Assembly: GCA_014803505.1 (NCBI GenBank)
Contig: JAAVBM010000021.1
Coordinates: 2,078-66,077, forward strand
Direction of reading: 5' to 3'
DNA from: a bacterium
GTDB taxonomy: Bacteria; Cyanobacteriota; Vampirovibrionia; Gastranaerophilales; Gastranaerophilaceae
Length of the DNA: 64,000 bases
The notes below the pieces were generated by a model, which saw only the letters and a program-made list of their open reading frames with translations, searched no databases and was not told where the DNA came from. A program made the translations under genes and the position numbers. Shown here piece after piece: positions 16,858-26,097 of this stretch (position 1 is the first letter of the stretch; each line of letters opens with the position of its first letter).

Positions 16858-17367
16858 TTATCCGATAACAGGAGGATTGAATACTCTTGCTGCAAGTTCT
16901 TTATCCAACATAAATAAAGCTTTTTTATCATCGCCGATAAGTTTTAAGTTTGCTAAAACTCCGCCAACAGAAGATTCTTCTTCAACTTGTTCTTTTAAAT
17001 ACCAATCCAAGAATGATAATGCTGCACGATCTTTAACTTCTTCTGCAACATCCATCAATGCATTGATTCGAGAAGTTACAAATTCTTCGTGTTCAAGAAC
17101 TTGTTCAAATATTTCTAATGGTGTAGAACCTTTAATTTCTGGTTTGTCGATTGCTTCAAGTTTTACACAACCATTACGTTCAAATACATAATCAAACATA
17201 CCCATTGCATGAGCTCTTTCTTCTTGAACTTGAACATCAAACCAGTTTACAAATCCTGGTAAATTAAGTTCTGCAAAAATAGCTTTCATTCCAAGGTATA
17301 AATATTCTGAATAAAGTTCTTTGTTTATTTGATCATTAAATGCTTTTTCTAATTTTTCGTTTAACAT
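16858..17367 (-). CDS. ftnA: Non-haem ferritin
   Basis: 169 aa. LNEKLEKAFNDQINKELYSEYLYLGM...QVQEERAHAMGMFDY...LEHEEFVT contains the ferroxidase-centre E/H pattern. Confidence 0.9.
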   Translation of the reverse strand: MLNEKLEKAFNDQINKELYSEYLYLGMKAIFAELNLPGFVNWFDVQVQEERAHAMGMFDYVFERNGCVKLEAIDKPEIKGSTPLEIFEQVLEHEEFVTSRINALMDVAEEVKDRAALSFLDWYLKEQVEEESSVGGVLANLKLIGDDKKALFMLDKELAARVFNPPVIG

Positions 17368-17401
17368 AGCTATTCTCCTTTTATTTTCTAATTTAACAAA
17401 C

Positions 17402-17429
17402 AGATTCCGGATCGTAGTCCGGAATGACT
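17402..17429 (-). repeat. GC-rich hairpin repeat (family member 1); probable terminator of the flavodiiron gene
   Basis: The minus strand reads agtcattccggactacgatccggaatct, with stem attccgga/tccggaat. Near-identical copy at 19068-19094. Confidence 0.6.
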
Positions 17430-17463
17430 GTTATAATAAACTATTGAAATGTTTTTATCCTCT

Positions 17464-18669
17464 TTAATTTATTGTTTCTACAATTGCTTTTGCAAGATTT
17501 TCAAGTTCTTCACATTTATCTGTTTTTACTGCAGATTTTAGAGTAACTTTGTTTTCAATAATTTCAGTATTTTTTAATTGAGAAATAAGTTCTGTCATCA
17601 ATTTGCCTGAAACACAAGCCCAAGAACCGTTTTCGATAAGTGCAATTTTACGGTTTTGTAAATTGTGTGCAACGATATCATGTAATAAGTTTTCCATATT
17701 AACAAAAATGCCGTTATTGTAAGTGGTTGAAGCAAAAACAATATGTGAATATTTGAAAGCTTCTGAAACAACATAGGAAGGATGAGTTACAGAAACGTCA
17801 AACATTGCTATATCTTTCACTCCAAGTTCTGCAAGTTTTCCGGCCAAGATTTCTGCTGCGTTTTGAGTTCCGCCATATACTGAAGCATATGCAATCAATA
17901 CAGATTGTACTTCTGGAGTATATGTTGACCATTTTACGTATTTGTCAATAAATTTGCCAAGATCTTTTCTCCAAACAAAACCGTGTAAAGGACAAATCAT
18001 TTCAATTTCGATTCCTGAAGCTTTTTTTAGTAATGCCTGTACTTGTGGTCCGTATTTACCAACGATATTTGTATAATAACGTCTTGCTTCATCCATATAT
18101 CTATGGTCAAAATCAACTTCATCAGCAAAAATATTTCCGTCGATTGCTCCGAAAGTTCCGAAAGCATCAGCAGAGAATAAAATCTTATCAGTTGTATCAT
18201 ATGTAACCATAACTTCAGGCCAATGAACCATTGGTGCAAATACAAATGTTAAAGTGTGTTTACCTGTATTTAAAGTATCGCCTTCTTTGACAATCATGTA
18301 TTGTTCTTCAGGAAGATTGAAACTGAAGAATTGTTCAATCAATGTTTTAATTTTTGCATTACAAACAATTTTAACATTTGGATAGTTACGAACAATTGTT
18401 GGAATTTCTGCGCAATGATCAGGTTCCATATGGTTGATTATCAGGTAATCCAAATCTCTTCCGTCTAAAACGTGTTCGACATTTTCCATAAATTGGTGTG
18501 TAACTGATTTATCTACTGTATCAAGTAAAACAGTTTTTTCATCCATCAATAAATATGAGTTATAAGAAACTCCGGTCGGTACAGGATAAACGCTTTCAAA
18601 TAGTGCTATTCTTCTATCATTCGCACCAACCCAAAATAAATCTTCTTTTAATTTTTTTATATTATACAT
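17464..18669 (-). CDS. fprA: Flavodiiron protein (FprA/Roo-type: metallo-beta-lactamase fold plus flavodoxin domain)
   Basis: 401 aa. The NHMEPDHCAE di-iron motif sits in the N-terminal MBL-like domain; the C-terminal flavodoxin-like domain contains LIAYASVYGGTQ. Confidence 0.9.
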   Translation of the reverse strand: MYNIKKLKEDLFWVGANDRRIALFESVYPVPTGVSYNSYLLMDEKTVLLDTVDKSVTHQFMENVEHVLDGRDLDYLIINHMEPDHCAEIPTIVRNYPNVKIVCNAKIKTLIEQFFSFNLPEEQYMIVKEGDTLNTGKHTLTFVFAPMVHWPEVMVTYDTTDKILFSADAFGTFGAIDGNIFADEVDFDHRYMDEARRYYTNIVGKYGPQVQALLKKASGIEIEMICPLHGFVWRKDLGKFIDKYVKWSTYTPEVQSVLIAYASVYGGTQNAAEILAGKLAELGVKDIAMFDVSVTHPSYVVSEAFKYSHIVFASTTYNNGIFVNMENLLHDIVAHNLQNRKIALIENGSWACVSGKLMTELISQLKNTEIIENKVTLKSAVKTDKCEELENLAKAIVETIN

Positions 18670-19020
18670 TTTCCTCTCCTATCTTTTTTATAATTATATT
18701 ATAAAAATAAATCACAGTATCATGAAATCTATAATTAAATCACCCACATGTCTAATGGAATAATCTTTTATCATGAATAATATTATATATATAAATTAAG
18801 TGATAAAAATTAAAAAAGGGATTTATAAACGAAAAAGATACATATAACATTTAGAATAAATGTTATTAAATATGTATGAAAAAGATAATATTATGATTTT
18901 TGCCTGGATGTATGTTAGAAGACTCAGGCATTTTTATTGGTTTTATTACATAAACAATATTATTTGCATTTGCAAATCCAAGGAAGGTTCGAAAACGTCA
19001 TTTCTGTGACTCTTTTTTAT

Positions 19021-19045
19021 GTCATGCTGAACTTGATTCAGCATC
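19021..19045 (+). repeat. Hairpin repeat (family member 2), same scaffold with a different stem
   Basis: gtcatgctgaacttgattcagcatc. Flanks gtcat/atc and loop acttgat are shared with the other members, and the stem is changed in a compensatory way. Confidence 0.55.
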
Positions 19046-19067
19046 TATCAGTTTGATAGGCATTGAT

Positions 19068-19094
19068 AGATTCCGGATCAAGTCCGGAATGACT
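19068..19094 (-). repeat. Hairpin repeat (family member 3); probable terminator of engB
   Basis: The minus strand reads agtcattccggacttgatccggaatct. It lies about 60 nt downstream of the engB stop. Confidence 0.6.
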
Positions 19095-19149
19095 AAAGAG
19101 AGTAATATCGATTAGATATTTACTCCTAATATTGTTTATGTAAACTATC

Positions 19150-19728
19150 TTATAAATTATCTTTTGCAGTAAAAAATTCTAAAATCTTTTCATTATATCT
19201 GTTGTTTACTGCACTGAATGGGAAAATTTCTCCACCAAATTCTTTTCTGACATGCGCAATTGCACTCTGAATCTTATTACTAGAAACACAATCCACTTTA
19301 GTAACTACTGTAATTATTGGTAAATCATATGATAAAACCCATTCTCGCATTTGAAAATCGTTTTTTTGAAGCTCATGCCTTCCATCAACTAATTGAACAA
19401 GACATTTAATTTGTTCTCTTTTTAATAAATATTCTTCAAGATTTTTTTGCCAACGATTTTGGATTTCTGCAGAAACTTTTGCATAACCATATCCTGGTAA
19501 GTCTGCTATTGTAAATTGATTCGAAAAATTAAAGAAATTAATTAAGCGAGTCTTACCTGGTTTATTCGAGGTTTTAGCCAATTTTTTGTTATTGGATAAC
19601 CCGTTAATAAATGAGGACTTACCAACATTTGAACGTCCTAATAACGGATATTCCGGTAGTTTGTAATCCGGACATTGACTTAATTTTTCCGCACTTATTA
19701 AAAATTCTGCGTTCATATGTGGTCTCAT
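19150..19728 (-). CDS. engB: Ribosome-biogenesis GTPase EngB (YsxC/YihA)
   Basis: GRSNVGKSSFIN (G1), DLPGYGY (G3) and TKVD (G4). Start overlaps the upstream ORF stop (ATGA). Confidence 0.9.
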   Translation of the reverse strand: MRPHMNAEFLISAEKLSQCPDYKLPEYPLLGRSNVGKSSFINGLSNNKKLAKTSNKPGKTRLINFFNFSNQFTIADLPGYGYAKVSAEIQNRWQKNLEEYLLKREQIKCLVQLVDGRHELQKNDFQMREWVLSYDLPIITVVTKVDCVSSNKIQSAIAHVRKEFGGEIFPFSAVNNRYNEKILEFFTAKDNL

Positions 19729-19979
19729 TTTGTGGCTGCCTTTTCTTTTTGTTCTTTTATTTTTTGTTTGTACAATACTGTTTGAAACAAATTGTACATT
19801 TTATCATTGTTTACTACTGTTAATTGAGTTTTGTTATTTACAAAATCTATATTAAACGAAGATTCTTGGTTGAAAATATTTGATTGAATATTTACTATTT
19901 GAAACAGCCCCTCAGTTAAAATACTAAGAGGCTCTCTCAAAAAAGTTTCAAATGTTTTTCTTATATCAAATTTTTTCAT
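19725..19979 (-). CDS. Hypothetical protein (84 aa), translationally coupled to engB
   Basis: ATGA overlap with the engB start. No family recognised. Confidence 0.4.
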   Translation of the reverse strand: MKKFDIRKTFETFLREPLSILTEGLFQIVNIQSNIFNQESSFNIDFVNNKTQLTVVNNDKMYNLFQTVLYKQKIKEQKEKAATK

Positions 19980-19994
19980 AATATAAAAATAAAA

Positions 19995-21797
19995 CTAGAT
20001 TTTATTTCTGAATACTTGAATTCTTTGTTCAACAGCGGCTTTATCAGATGCATTTGGAGCAAGTGCTAAGTATTGAACATAATATTTAACAGCACCTTGA
20101 TAGTTACCTTCTGCTTCGTATGCTTGAGCTTTCAATTTTGCAATTGATGGAGCATTGTGATAGAAGTCGATTGCTCTGTTACAGTATTCAATAGTAGAAG
20201 CGAAGTTACCTTCTTTATATTGTCTTAGAGCAATTTCAAAGAATTCATTTGATTTCATTTCACATAAGTTGATGTAGTGGATACCATTTGTAGCAATTCT
20301 ATTATCAGCATCAACCATTAGAACTTTTTGTAATGCTTTTCTAGCAGTTCTAAATTGTTTATGTTGAACAAGAATTTCTGCCAAATACAATTCATCATCA
20401 ATAGTTTGAGCAAAGTTAATAGCGTTTTCAAATGTATAAACGGCATCTCTTTCTCTACCTAGTGAAAGATAAGCTTCACCTTTGATTACAGTATCCATTA
20501 AGCTGTTGCTTGCTGATTGAACGATGTAATTTAAGTTATCTTGAGTTAATTCCAATTGGTGAGTAATTTTGCCCAATTTAATTTTTGCAAGATGAAGTTT
20601 CAAATCATTTGGAGTTCTTTGAATTGCTTCATTTACATAATCATAAGCAAGATAAACATCTTTATTTGTTGTGAATTTATTACTGTCTGCAGTATCTTTA
20701 GCCATTTCATAATATGTATTAGCTAAACCGATGATGGCATGGTTGTTATATGTTCCATCACCAAGTAATCTTGAATAATATTCAAGTGCTTGTTGATATT
20801 TTTTAGTTTCCAATGACATATTTGCAACTCTATAAATACCTTCTTTATAGTTAGGATTTAAGATAATTGCAGTTTTCAATTCTTCCATTGCAAATTCATG
20901 GTCTGATCTTCTTTCATAAACTCCAGCCAAATTGATGTATGGACGAGAGTTTTCAGGTTTTACATGAATAGATTTTTTGAATGAATTGATTGCAGCAGGC
21001 TGGTTGCCTTGTTTCAAATACAACTCACCTTGTAAATTCCAAGCCGGAGAAGAGTTTGGATTGATGTGCAAAGAGTGGTTTAACCAAGTCAATGCTTTTG
21101 TATAATCGCCTCTTCTTGATTCAACTTGTCCCATATGGTACATAGAAGTTGGATTGTGAGAATTATATTTGATTGATTGCAAGTAATATTTTTCAGCTTG
21201 ATCTAAATCTCCTTCAAGCATTGCAATATTGCCTAAGTTATCGTAAGCAGGTGCAAATTGAGGATTTATTTTTATAGCTGTTTTGAATAAATCTTGTGCA
21301 TCTTTTCTGTTACCCAATTTAAGAGTTGCAACACCCATAGCATTATATGCTTGGTAATAAGTGCTGTCAAGTTCTACTGCTTTAACAAATTCTTGAATCG
21401 CAGCATTTGAAAGGTTTGTAATGTTTTTGATGTACTCTACATCTGATGAAGTTTCTCTCATCAAATATACTAAACCTTGTGCATAATGAAATTCTGGTCT
21501 ATTTGGATATTTTTTCAATAATTTGTCTAATTCAGCTTGAGTTGGAGCCAGCTTCCATTGTTTTGCTTGAGAAATCAATTGTAAAGCTTTAGCGTCTAAG
21601 TCATTAGGATTTTTTGATAAAATTTCTTTTAAACGTTGATCTGCATCTGAGTAATTGTTATATTCAATCAATCTGCTAATATCAACGTAACTTTTAGATA
21701 CTTGAGCTTTGATAGGCTGAGCAGCAAATGAATGAGGTGCACAAAGGATACAAGATGTTATAATCATCGATGTAACTAATAATTTTTTACAATTCAT
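19995..21797 (-). CDS. Secreted TPR-repeat protein
   Basis: Signal peptide (LLVTSMIITSCILCAPHSFAA) followed by numerous TPR units (e.g. AIKINPQFAPAYDNLG, SLHINPNSSPAWNLQG). Confidence 0.8.
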   Translation of the reverse strand: MNCKKLLVTSMIITSCILCAPHSFAAQPIKAQVSKSYVDISRLIEYNNYSDADQRLKEILSKNPNDLDAKALQLISQAKQWKLAPTQAELDKLLKKYPNRPEFHYAQGLVYLMRETSSDVEYIKNITNLSNAAIQEFVKAVELDSTYYQAYNAMGVATLKLGNRKDAQDLFKTAIKINPQFAPAYDNLGNIAMLEGDLDQAEKYYLQSIKYNSHNPTSMYHMGQVESRRGDYTKALTWLNHSLHINPNSSPAWNLQGELYLKQGNQPAAINSFKKSIHVKPENSRPYINLAGVYERRSDHEFAMEELKTAIILNPNYKEGIYRVANMSLETKKYQQALEYYSRLLGDGTYNNHAIIGLANTYYEMAKDTADSNKFTTNKDVYLAYDYVNEAIQRTPNDLKLHLAKIKLGKITHQLELTQDNLNYIVQSASNSLMDTVIKGEAYLSLGRERDAVYTFENAINFAQTIDDELYLAEILVQHKQFRTARKALQKVLMVDADNRIATNGIHYINLCEMKSNEFFEIALRQYKEGNFASTIEYCNRAIDFYHNAPSIAKLKAQAYEAEGNYQGAVKYYVQYLALAPNASDKAAVEQRIQVFRNKI

Positions 21798-21888
21798 ATT
21801 TTGTCCTACCTTTTTTAGCTTAAAACTATTCTAAATCTAACAAAAATATTGTATAATAGTTAATAAAAAAAGGCAATAGGTTAAACAG

Positions 21889-22803
21889 ATGGTATTAAAC
21901 AGGAACTCCAAACAAGATTTAGAGGATTTCAAATCATATATTTTGGTAGAGAAGAACTTTTCTGAGCATACAGCAAAGGCTTATTATTCCGACATTTTGA
22001 GCTATTTGATTTGGTTAGATGAAGAAGCTTGTGAAGGAGTAAATTTTACAAAAGTTAGAGAATATTTACATTTTATGCAGAAATTTAATTATAAAAAAAC
22101 GACTGTTGCCAGAAAAATTGCATCAATAAGAACTTTTTATAAGTATCTTCATCGTGAGCGCAAAGTTGAAAATAATCCTGCAGAGAATCTAATCTCTCCA
22201 AAACGACCGAAGTCATTGCCAAAATTTCTTACACCACATGAAATAGAACAAATTTTGAGTAATATTAACATTGATACTCCTGCCGGTTATAGAAATCGAG
22301 CAATTTTAGAACTTTTGTGGGCAAGTGGTATGCGTGTTTCAGAATTAAGTGGTTTGAACTTTGGAAATTTGAATTTAGAAAATAATGAGATTACTGTTTT
22401 TGGTAAGGGTGCTAAAGAGCGAATTATTCTTATTACTGATAGGGCAAAAACATATTTGCAGGGGTATATTGACTATGCACGATCTATGATTGCAAAAGGT
22501 TATAATTTAGGACCAATTACTGATACTACACCTGTGTTTATAAATAAAACCGGTTTTCGATTACAAACTCGAATGATAAGAAATGTTATAAATGATATTA
22601 CTGAAAAACTTGAATTGCCGAAGAAGGTTACACCGCACATGTTTCGTCATAGCTTTGCTACACATTTAATTGAAAATGGTGCAGATTTAAGAGTTGTACA
22701 AGAACTATTGGGGCATGCAAGTATTTCTAATACTCAAATTTATACTCATATTTCGATGCAACACATGAAAGAAGTTTATGAAGAGACTCATCCTAGAGCT
22801 TAA
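21889..22803 (+). CDS. Tyrosine recombinase XerC/XerD family
   Basis: 304 aa. SAM-like N-terminal domain, ASGMRVSEL, HMFRHSFATHL and LLGHASISNTQIYTH (catalytic R..HxxR..Y pattern). Confidence 0.85.
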   Translation: MVLNRNSKQDLEDFKSYILVEKNFSEHTAKAYYSDILSYLIWLDEEACEGVNFTKVREYLHFMQKFNYKKTTVARKIASIRTFYKYLHRERKVENNPAENLISPKRPKSLPKFLTPHEIEQILSNINIDTPAGYRNRAILELLWASGMRVSELSGLNFGNLNLENNEITVFGKGAKERIILITDRAKTYLQGYIDYARSMIAKGYNLGPITDTTPVFINKTGFRLQTRMIRNVINDITEKLELPKKVTPHMFRHSFATHLIENGADLRVVQELLGHASISNTQIYTHISMQHMKEVYEETHPRA

Positions 22804-22885
22804 ATTTAACTTTTTGTATCAATTGACTATGGTTAAAATATGTGTTAAAATATAGAAAATGAGGATGTTTATGGGATTTATGAAT

Positions 22886-23581
22886 ATGAAAAAATTCAGT
22901 AAAAGATTTGGATTTACACTATCAGAAGTTATGATAACACTTTCTCTTATTGGTGTTGTTGCGACATTAACTTTATCTACTGTTGGAACTTCTGTTCAAC
23001 AGAGAGCAAGGCTTGCGGAGTTTCGTACAGCTTATTCTAAAATGGAAGCAACATTAAGATCGATTACGCATGATGAAGGTATTATTTACTCTTGCTATTT
23101 ATGTCCTAATGCTACTGTACGTAATGATTATGGTTTGAGTGTACCTGCTTGTTCTGTAAAAAGTCACGGATGTGAGGATTTAACTAACAAATTTGTTAGA
23201 GCAATGGGTGCTACTCGTTTTTGTGATAATGCTTTGAATGACGGATGTTTACCTGCAAATTATCCTAGTGCTCCTGCCGGAAGTGGTTGTTTTAGTTCTA
23301 TTACAAATAAACCTGCTTATGTTTTAGATAATAGTATGATTATTATTTTAAATAGCAAAAGTAATGGGTTACAATTATTTGCTGTCGATGTAAATGGAAG
23401 ATCCGGTCCTAACAGATGGGGACAAGATATTTTTACATTCTCTGTTATGGCTCAGGACTCTAATGCTCAGGGTACAGTTTCTATGCTTGGAATATTCCCA
23501 CCAACGACTTGTTTACCGGTTTCAGGCAGTATCGGTAAATCTTCGGATGTCCTTATGAAGGACTCTGTAAATTACAGATAG
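22886..23581 (+). CDS. Prepilin-type N-terminal cleavage/methylation domain protein (pseudopilin-like), Cys-rich
   Basis: KRFGFTLSEVMITLSLIGVVATL class-III signal motif. Eight Cys in the globular part. ATG at 22886 chosen so that the leader is short. Confidence 0.7.
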   Translation: MKKFSKRFGFTLSEVMITLSLIGVVATLTLSTVGTSVQQRARLAEFRTAYSKMEATLRSITHDEGIIYSCYLCPNATVRNDYGLSVPACSVKSHGCEDLTNKFVRAMGATRFCDNALNDGCLPANYPSAPAGSGCFSSITNKPAYVLDNSMIIILNSKSNGLQLFAVDVNGRSGPNRWGQDIFTFSVMAQDSNAQGTVSMLGIFPPTTCLPVSGSIGKSSDVLMKDSVNYR

Positions 23582-23594
23582 ATTTGGGATAGCC

Positions 23595-23963
23595 TTATTT
23601 TAATAATGATGCTGTTTCATTAAACATTACCATATGAAAATCAGGGCTTGTCATATTGGGGTTACGTTTCATGAATTTTTTTATATCAAATTTTGTTAAA
23701 AATTTGTCTAATTTTTCGATGACTTTTTTATTATTTTCATTTTCTGTTTTTAGCTTTGCTATATAATTCTGTACCATTATAGAAATTTCTTCTTCTGATA
23801 GAATAGGCAGACCGCCGATTTTTACTTCATCTTTATCATCATTTTCGAGGTATCTTTTTTCTTCATCTTTTTGCTGGTTTTGTTGATGTTGTCTTTTTTC
23901 TTGTCCTGTGTATACAGCAGATTCAATTCTTTGTCCAAAAGGATTATTTACAGAATTAAACAT
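23595..23963 (-). CDS. Hypothetical protein (122 aa)
   Basis: Q/E/K-rich N-terminal half. No family recognised. Confidence 0.4.
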   Translation of the reverse strand: MFNSVNNPFGQRIESAVYTGQEKRQHQQNQQKDEEKRYLENDDKDEVKIGGLPILSEEEISIMVQNYIAKLKTENENNKKVIEKLDKFLTKFDIKKFMKRNPNMTSPDFHMVMFNETASLLK

Positions 23964-24021
23964 AAGTGTTCTCTTATAATTATGAATTGCGCATGTATAT
24001 ACGACAATTTTTTATAAAACT

Positions 24022-24951
24022 TTAATTATTATTATAATTTTCTTCTATTACTTCTACCATTTCTTTCATGATTTGGTTGTAAGGTGTTTGAATATTATGT
24101 TTTTTGCCTAGTTCTATAATTGTACCCGCAAACATTTCTACTTCTGTTTTTCTTTTAGCTTCTACATCTTGAAGCATTGAAGTTTTTCCGTTTGGAATCA
24201 TTTTATTAAATGATACAAAAGCTTCATCAATCATTAGTTCTGTATTTTGAACTCCTTCAGCTTTCGCTATGGCTTGAACTTCTTGTGCAATTTTTTTGAA
24301 AAATTTAAGAAATTCAGGATTATTTTGCATTTGTCCAAAGGTCAATCTCATTATTGATGATGGCTGATTTGCGCTTACGTTTAGCATAAATTTTAACCAG
24401 TATGCGTAAAGCATATCATCTGGAGTTTTATAAGAAATTTTTGCTTTGTCGAAGAAGTTTTTAACAATTTCGATATCTGTTTTATCGGTATTTTTATTAT
24501 TGTTTATTCCGAAAACAATATCACCAACACCATCGTGTGTAATTTTATTGCCGTCACGCATTGCACTGTGTCCGATAAAATAAGATATTAATGTATGTTC
24601 CCAACCATATTTTTCTGCAATAATTTCTTCACTCGTAACACCATTTAGTAAAGACATTATTATTGTGTCTTCTTTTACAAAATTAGTTATATTATTAATG
24701 ACATCTTTAAGTCCGTCAAATTTTGTGGCAATGATGATTAAGTCTGCTTTAAATTCTGTATTTTCCGGTAGGATATATTCAAAACTTATTGGTTTTCCAT
24801 TAAATATTTTTGGATTTTTTGTATAATTTTCAAGTCTTCTTTTATCAACCAGAACTTTTAATGAAGTATTATCATATTTATTAATTTTATTTGCGTAAAT
24901 TGAGCCGACAGCACCAATCCCGCATATAAGTATATTTTTGATTTCTTTCAT
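24022..24951 (-). CDS. panE: 2-dehydropantoate 2-reductase (ketopantoate reductase)
   Basis: N-terminal Rossmann motif ILICGIGAVGSIYA and C-terminal KTSMLQDVEAKRKTEVEMFAGTII, typical of PanE/ApbA. Confidence 0.8.
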   Translation of the reverse strand: MKEIKNILICGIGAVGSIYANKINKYDNTSLKVLVDKRRLENYTKNPKIFNGKPISFEYILPENTEFKADLIIIATKFDGLKDVINNITNFVKEDTIIMSLLNGVTSEEIIAEKYGWEHTLISYFIGHSAMRDGNKITHDGVGDIVFGINNNKNTDKTDIEIVKNFFDKAKISYKTPDDMLYAYWLKFMLNVSANQPSSIMRLTFGQMQNNPEFLKFFKKIAQEVQAIAKAEGVQNTELMIDEAFVSFNKMIPNGKTSMLQDVEAKRKTEVEMFAGTIIELGKKHNIQTPYNQIMKEMVEVIEENYNNN

Positions 24952-25082
24952 AACAAATTTATTTTATCATGTTTATAATAGTATTAATATTTTTTTACAT
25001 TTTTTAATTTTTTAGCAAATCTTCCGAAAAAAAATACTTTTATATAATACGTGTAGTGTTATAGAAAATTTAAGTGTGGTAA

Positions 25083-25868
25083 TTGGTGGGAATAGAAATA
25101 TTTAATCCAAGCGCGATTTCTGTCGGCTTGAATTCAAATATAAAATTTAATAGATTCGGGAATAAGGTATATTTTGGACAAACTGCTCCTCAAGATAGTT
25201 TTCAGAATACATCTTATGTAAGATTTTTTGATGAAAAAGAAATTAGAAAAATGATTTCGCAAAGTCCTGAATTAAGAAAAATTCTTTCTGAGAATAAAAT
25301 GCCTGTTCGCTTAAATATGAAAGAACTTCAAGAGCTTAAAAATGGTCATTGTCAGGATACTCAGAATGTCGCAGTTAATATTGCCAAAAATTTACCTCCT
25401 GCGTTGAAATCACAATTTAATATGAAAGATTTAAAAGATGGTGCAATCTTGCATGATTTTGGTAAAGTTCTAATACCTACAGAGATTTTAAATAAAAATG
25501 GAGCTCTTACTTCTGAAGAGCATAAAATTATGGATCTTCATTCTGAGTTAGGATATGAACTTTTAAAGAATACCGGCGTTAATGAACAAGTATTAAAATT
25601 AGTTCGTTATCATCATGATAATTATAATAATTTAGGCAATACTGATAAATCTTTTGTACCTGATATAAATTTACAAATTTTGAATTTAGCAGATAAATAT
25701 TCTGCATTAACTGAAAAAAGAGTTTATAAAGAAGAATTTTCTCCTAAAAAAGCTTTAACTATTCTTTATTCTGAAGTTAAAAATGGTAAGATTCATCCAT
25801 TCTTGTTTAATGCACTTGTAAAATCTGTACGTGAACAAGAGACTATGGCGAATGTAACAAAGTGTTAA
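25083..25868 (+). CDS. HD-GYP-type HD-domain protein
   Basis: ILHDFGKVLIP...LTSEEHKIMDLHSELGYELLKN...RYHHDNY. The start (TTG at 25083) is uncertain. Confidence 0.65.
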   Translation: MVGIEIFNPSAISVGLNSNIKFNRFGNKVYFGQTAPQDSFQNTSYVRFFDEKEIRKMISQSPELRKILSENKMPVRLNMKELQELKNGHCQDTQNVAVNIAKNLPPALKSQFNMKDLKDGAILHDFGKVLIPTEILNKNGALTSEEHKIMDLHSELGYELLKNTGVNEQVLKLVRYHHDNYNNLGNTDKSFVPDINLQILNLADKYSALTEKRVYKEEFSPKKALTILYSEVKNGKIHPFLFNALVKSVREQETMANVTKC

Positions 25869-26060
25869 GCGGTATATAAAGAATATGGCAATTTTTTATA
25901 ACAAAAATTGTTTATATATATGTAAGGGATATTTAAAGAAAAAGAAAACGGGAAATACAAAATCTTAAGTCGAAATGTTCGACTCATATTTATAAAAATT
26001 GGGGAAAATTTTTTAGGGGAAAAAAATAAATCGAATCATCCATCATAATCAATCATTGTT

Positions 26061-26084
26061 GGTGCTGAATTTCAGCACCTTTTT
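26061..26084 (+). terminator. Strong plus-strand Rho-independent terminator about 190 nt beyond the nearest upstream stop
   Basis: ggtgctgaa-t-ttcagcacc followed by ttttt. The minus-strand reading lacks a T-run. Confidence 0.55.
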
Positions 26085-26097
26085 ATTTGGGAAATTT

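Noticed and set aside
18963-18978. The inverted repeat atttgca-tt-tgcaaat upstream of the flavodiiron gene, as a PerR/Fur-type operator.
   Set aside because: It lies about 300 nt from the fprA start and does not resemble the Fur/PerR box consensus I know. A 7-bp AT-rich inverted repeat is expected by chance in a 480-nt AT-rich gap.
21889-22803. The tyrosine recombinase as an integrase marking a mobile element.
   Set aside because: Its length (304 aa), SAM-like N-terminal domain and motif set fit chromosomal XerC/XerD. It has no flanking repeats, no phage or conjugation genes, and no adjacent tRNA.
25885-25970. A 27-aa ORF (MAIFYNKNCLYICKGYLKKKKTGNTKS) between the HD-GYP gene and the orphan terminator.
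   Set aside because: It has no SD and a lysine-rich, AT-bias-type composition. An sRNA or 3' UTR explanation is preferred.
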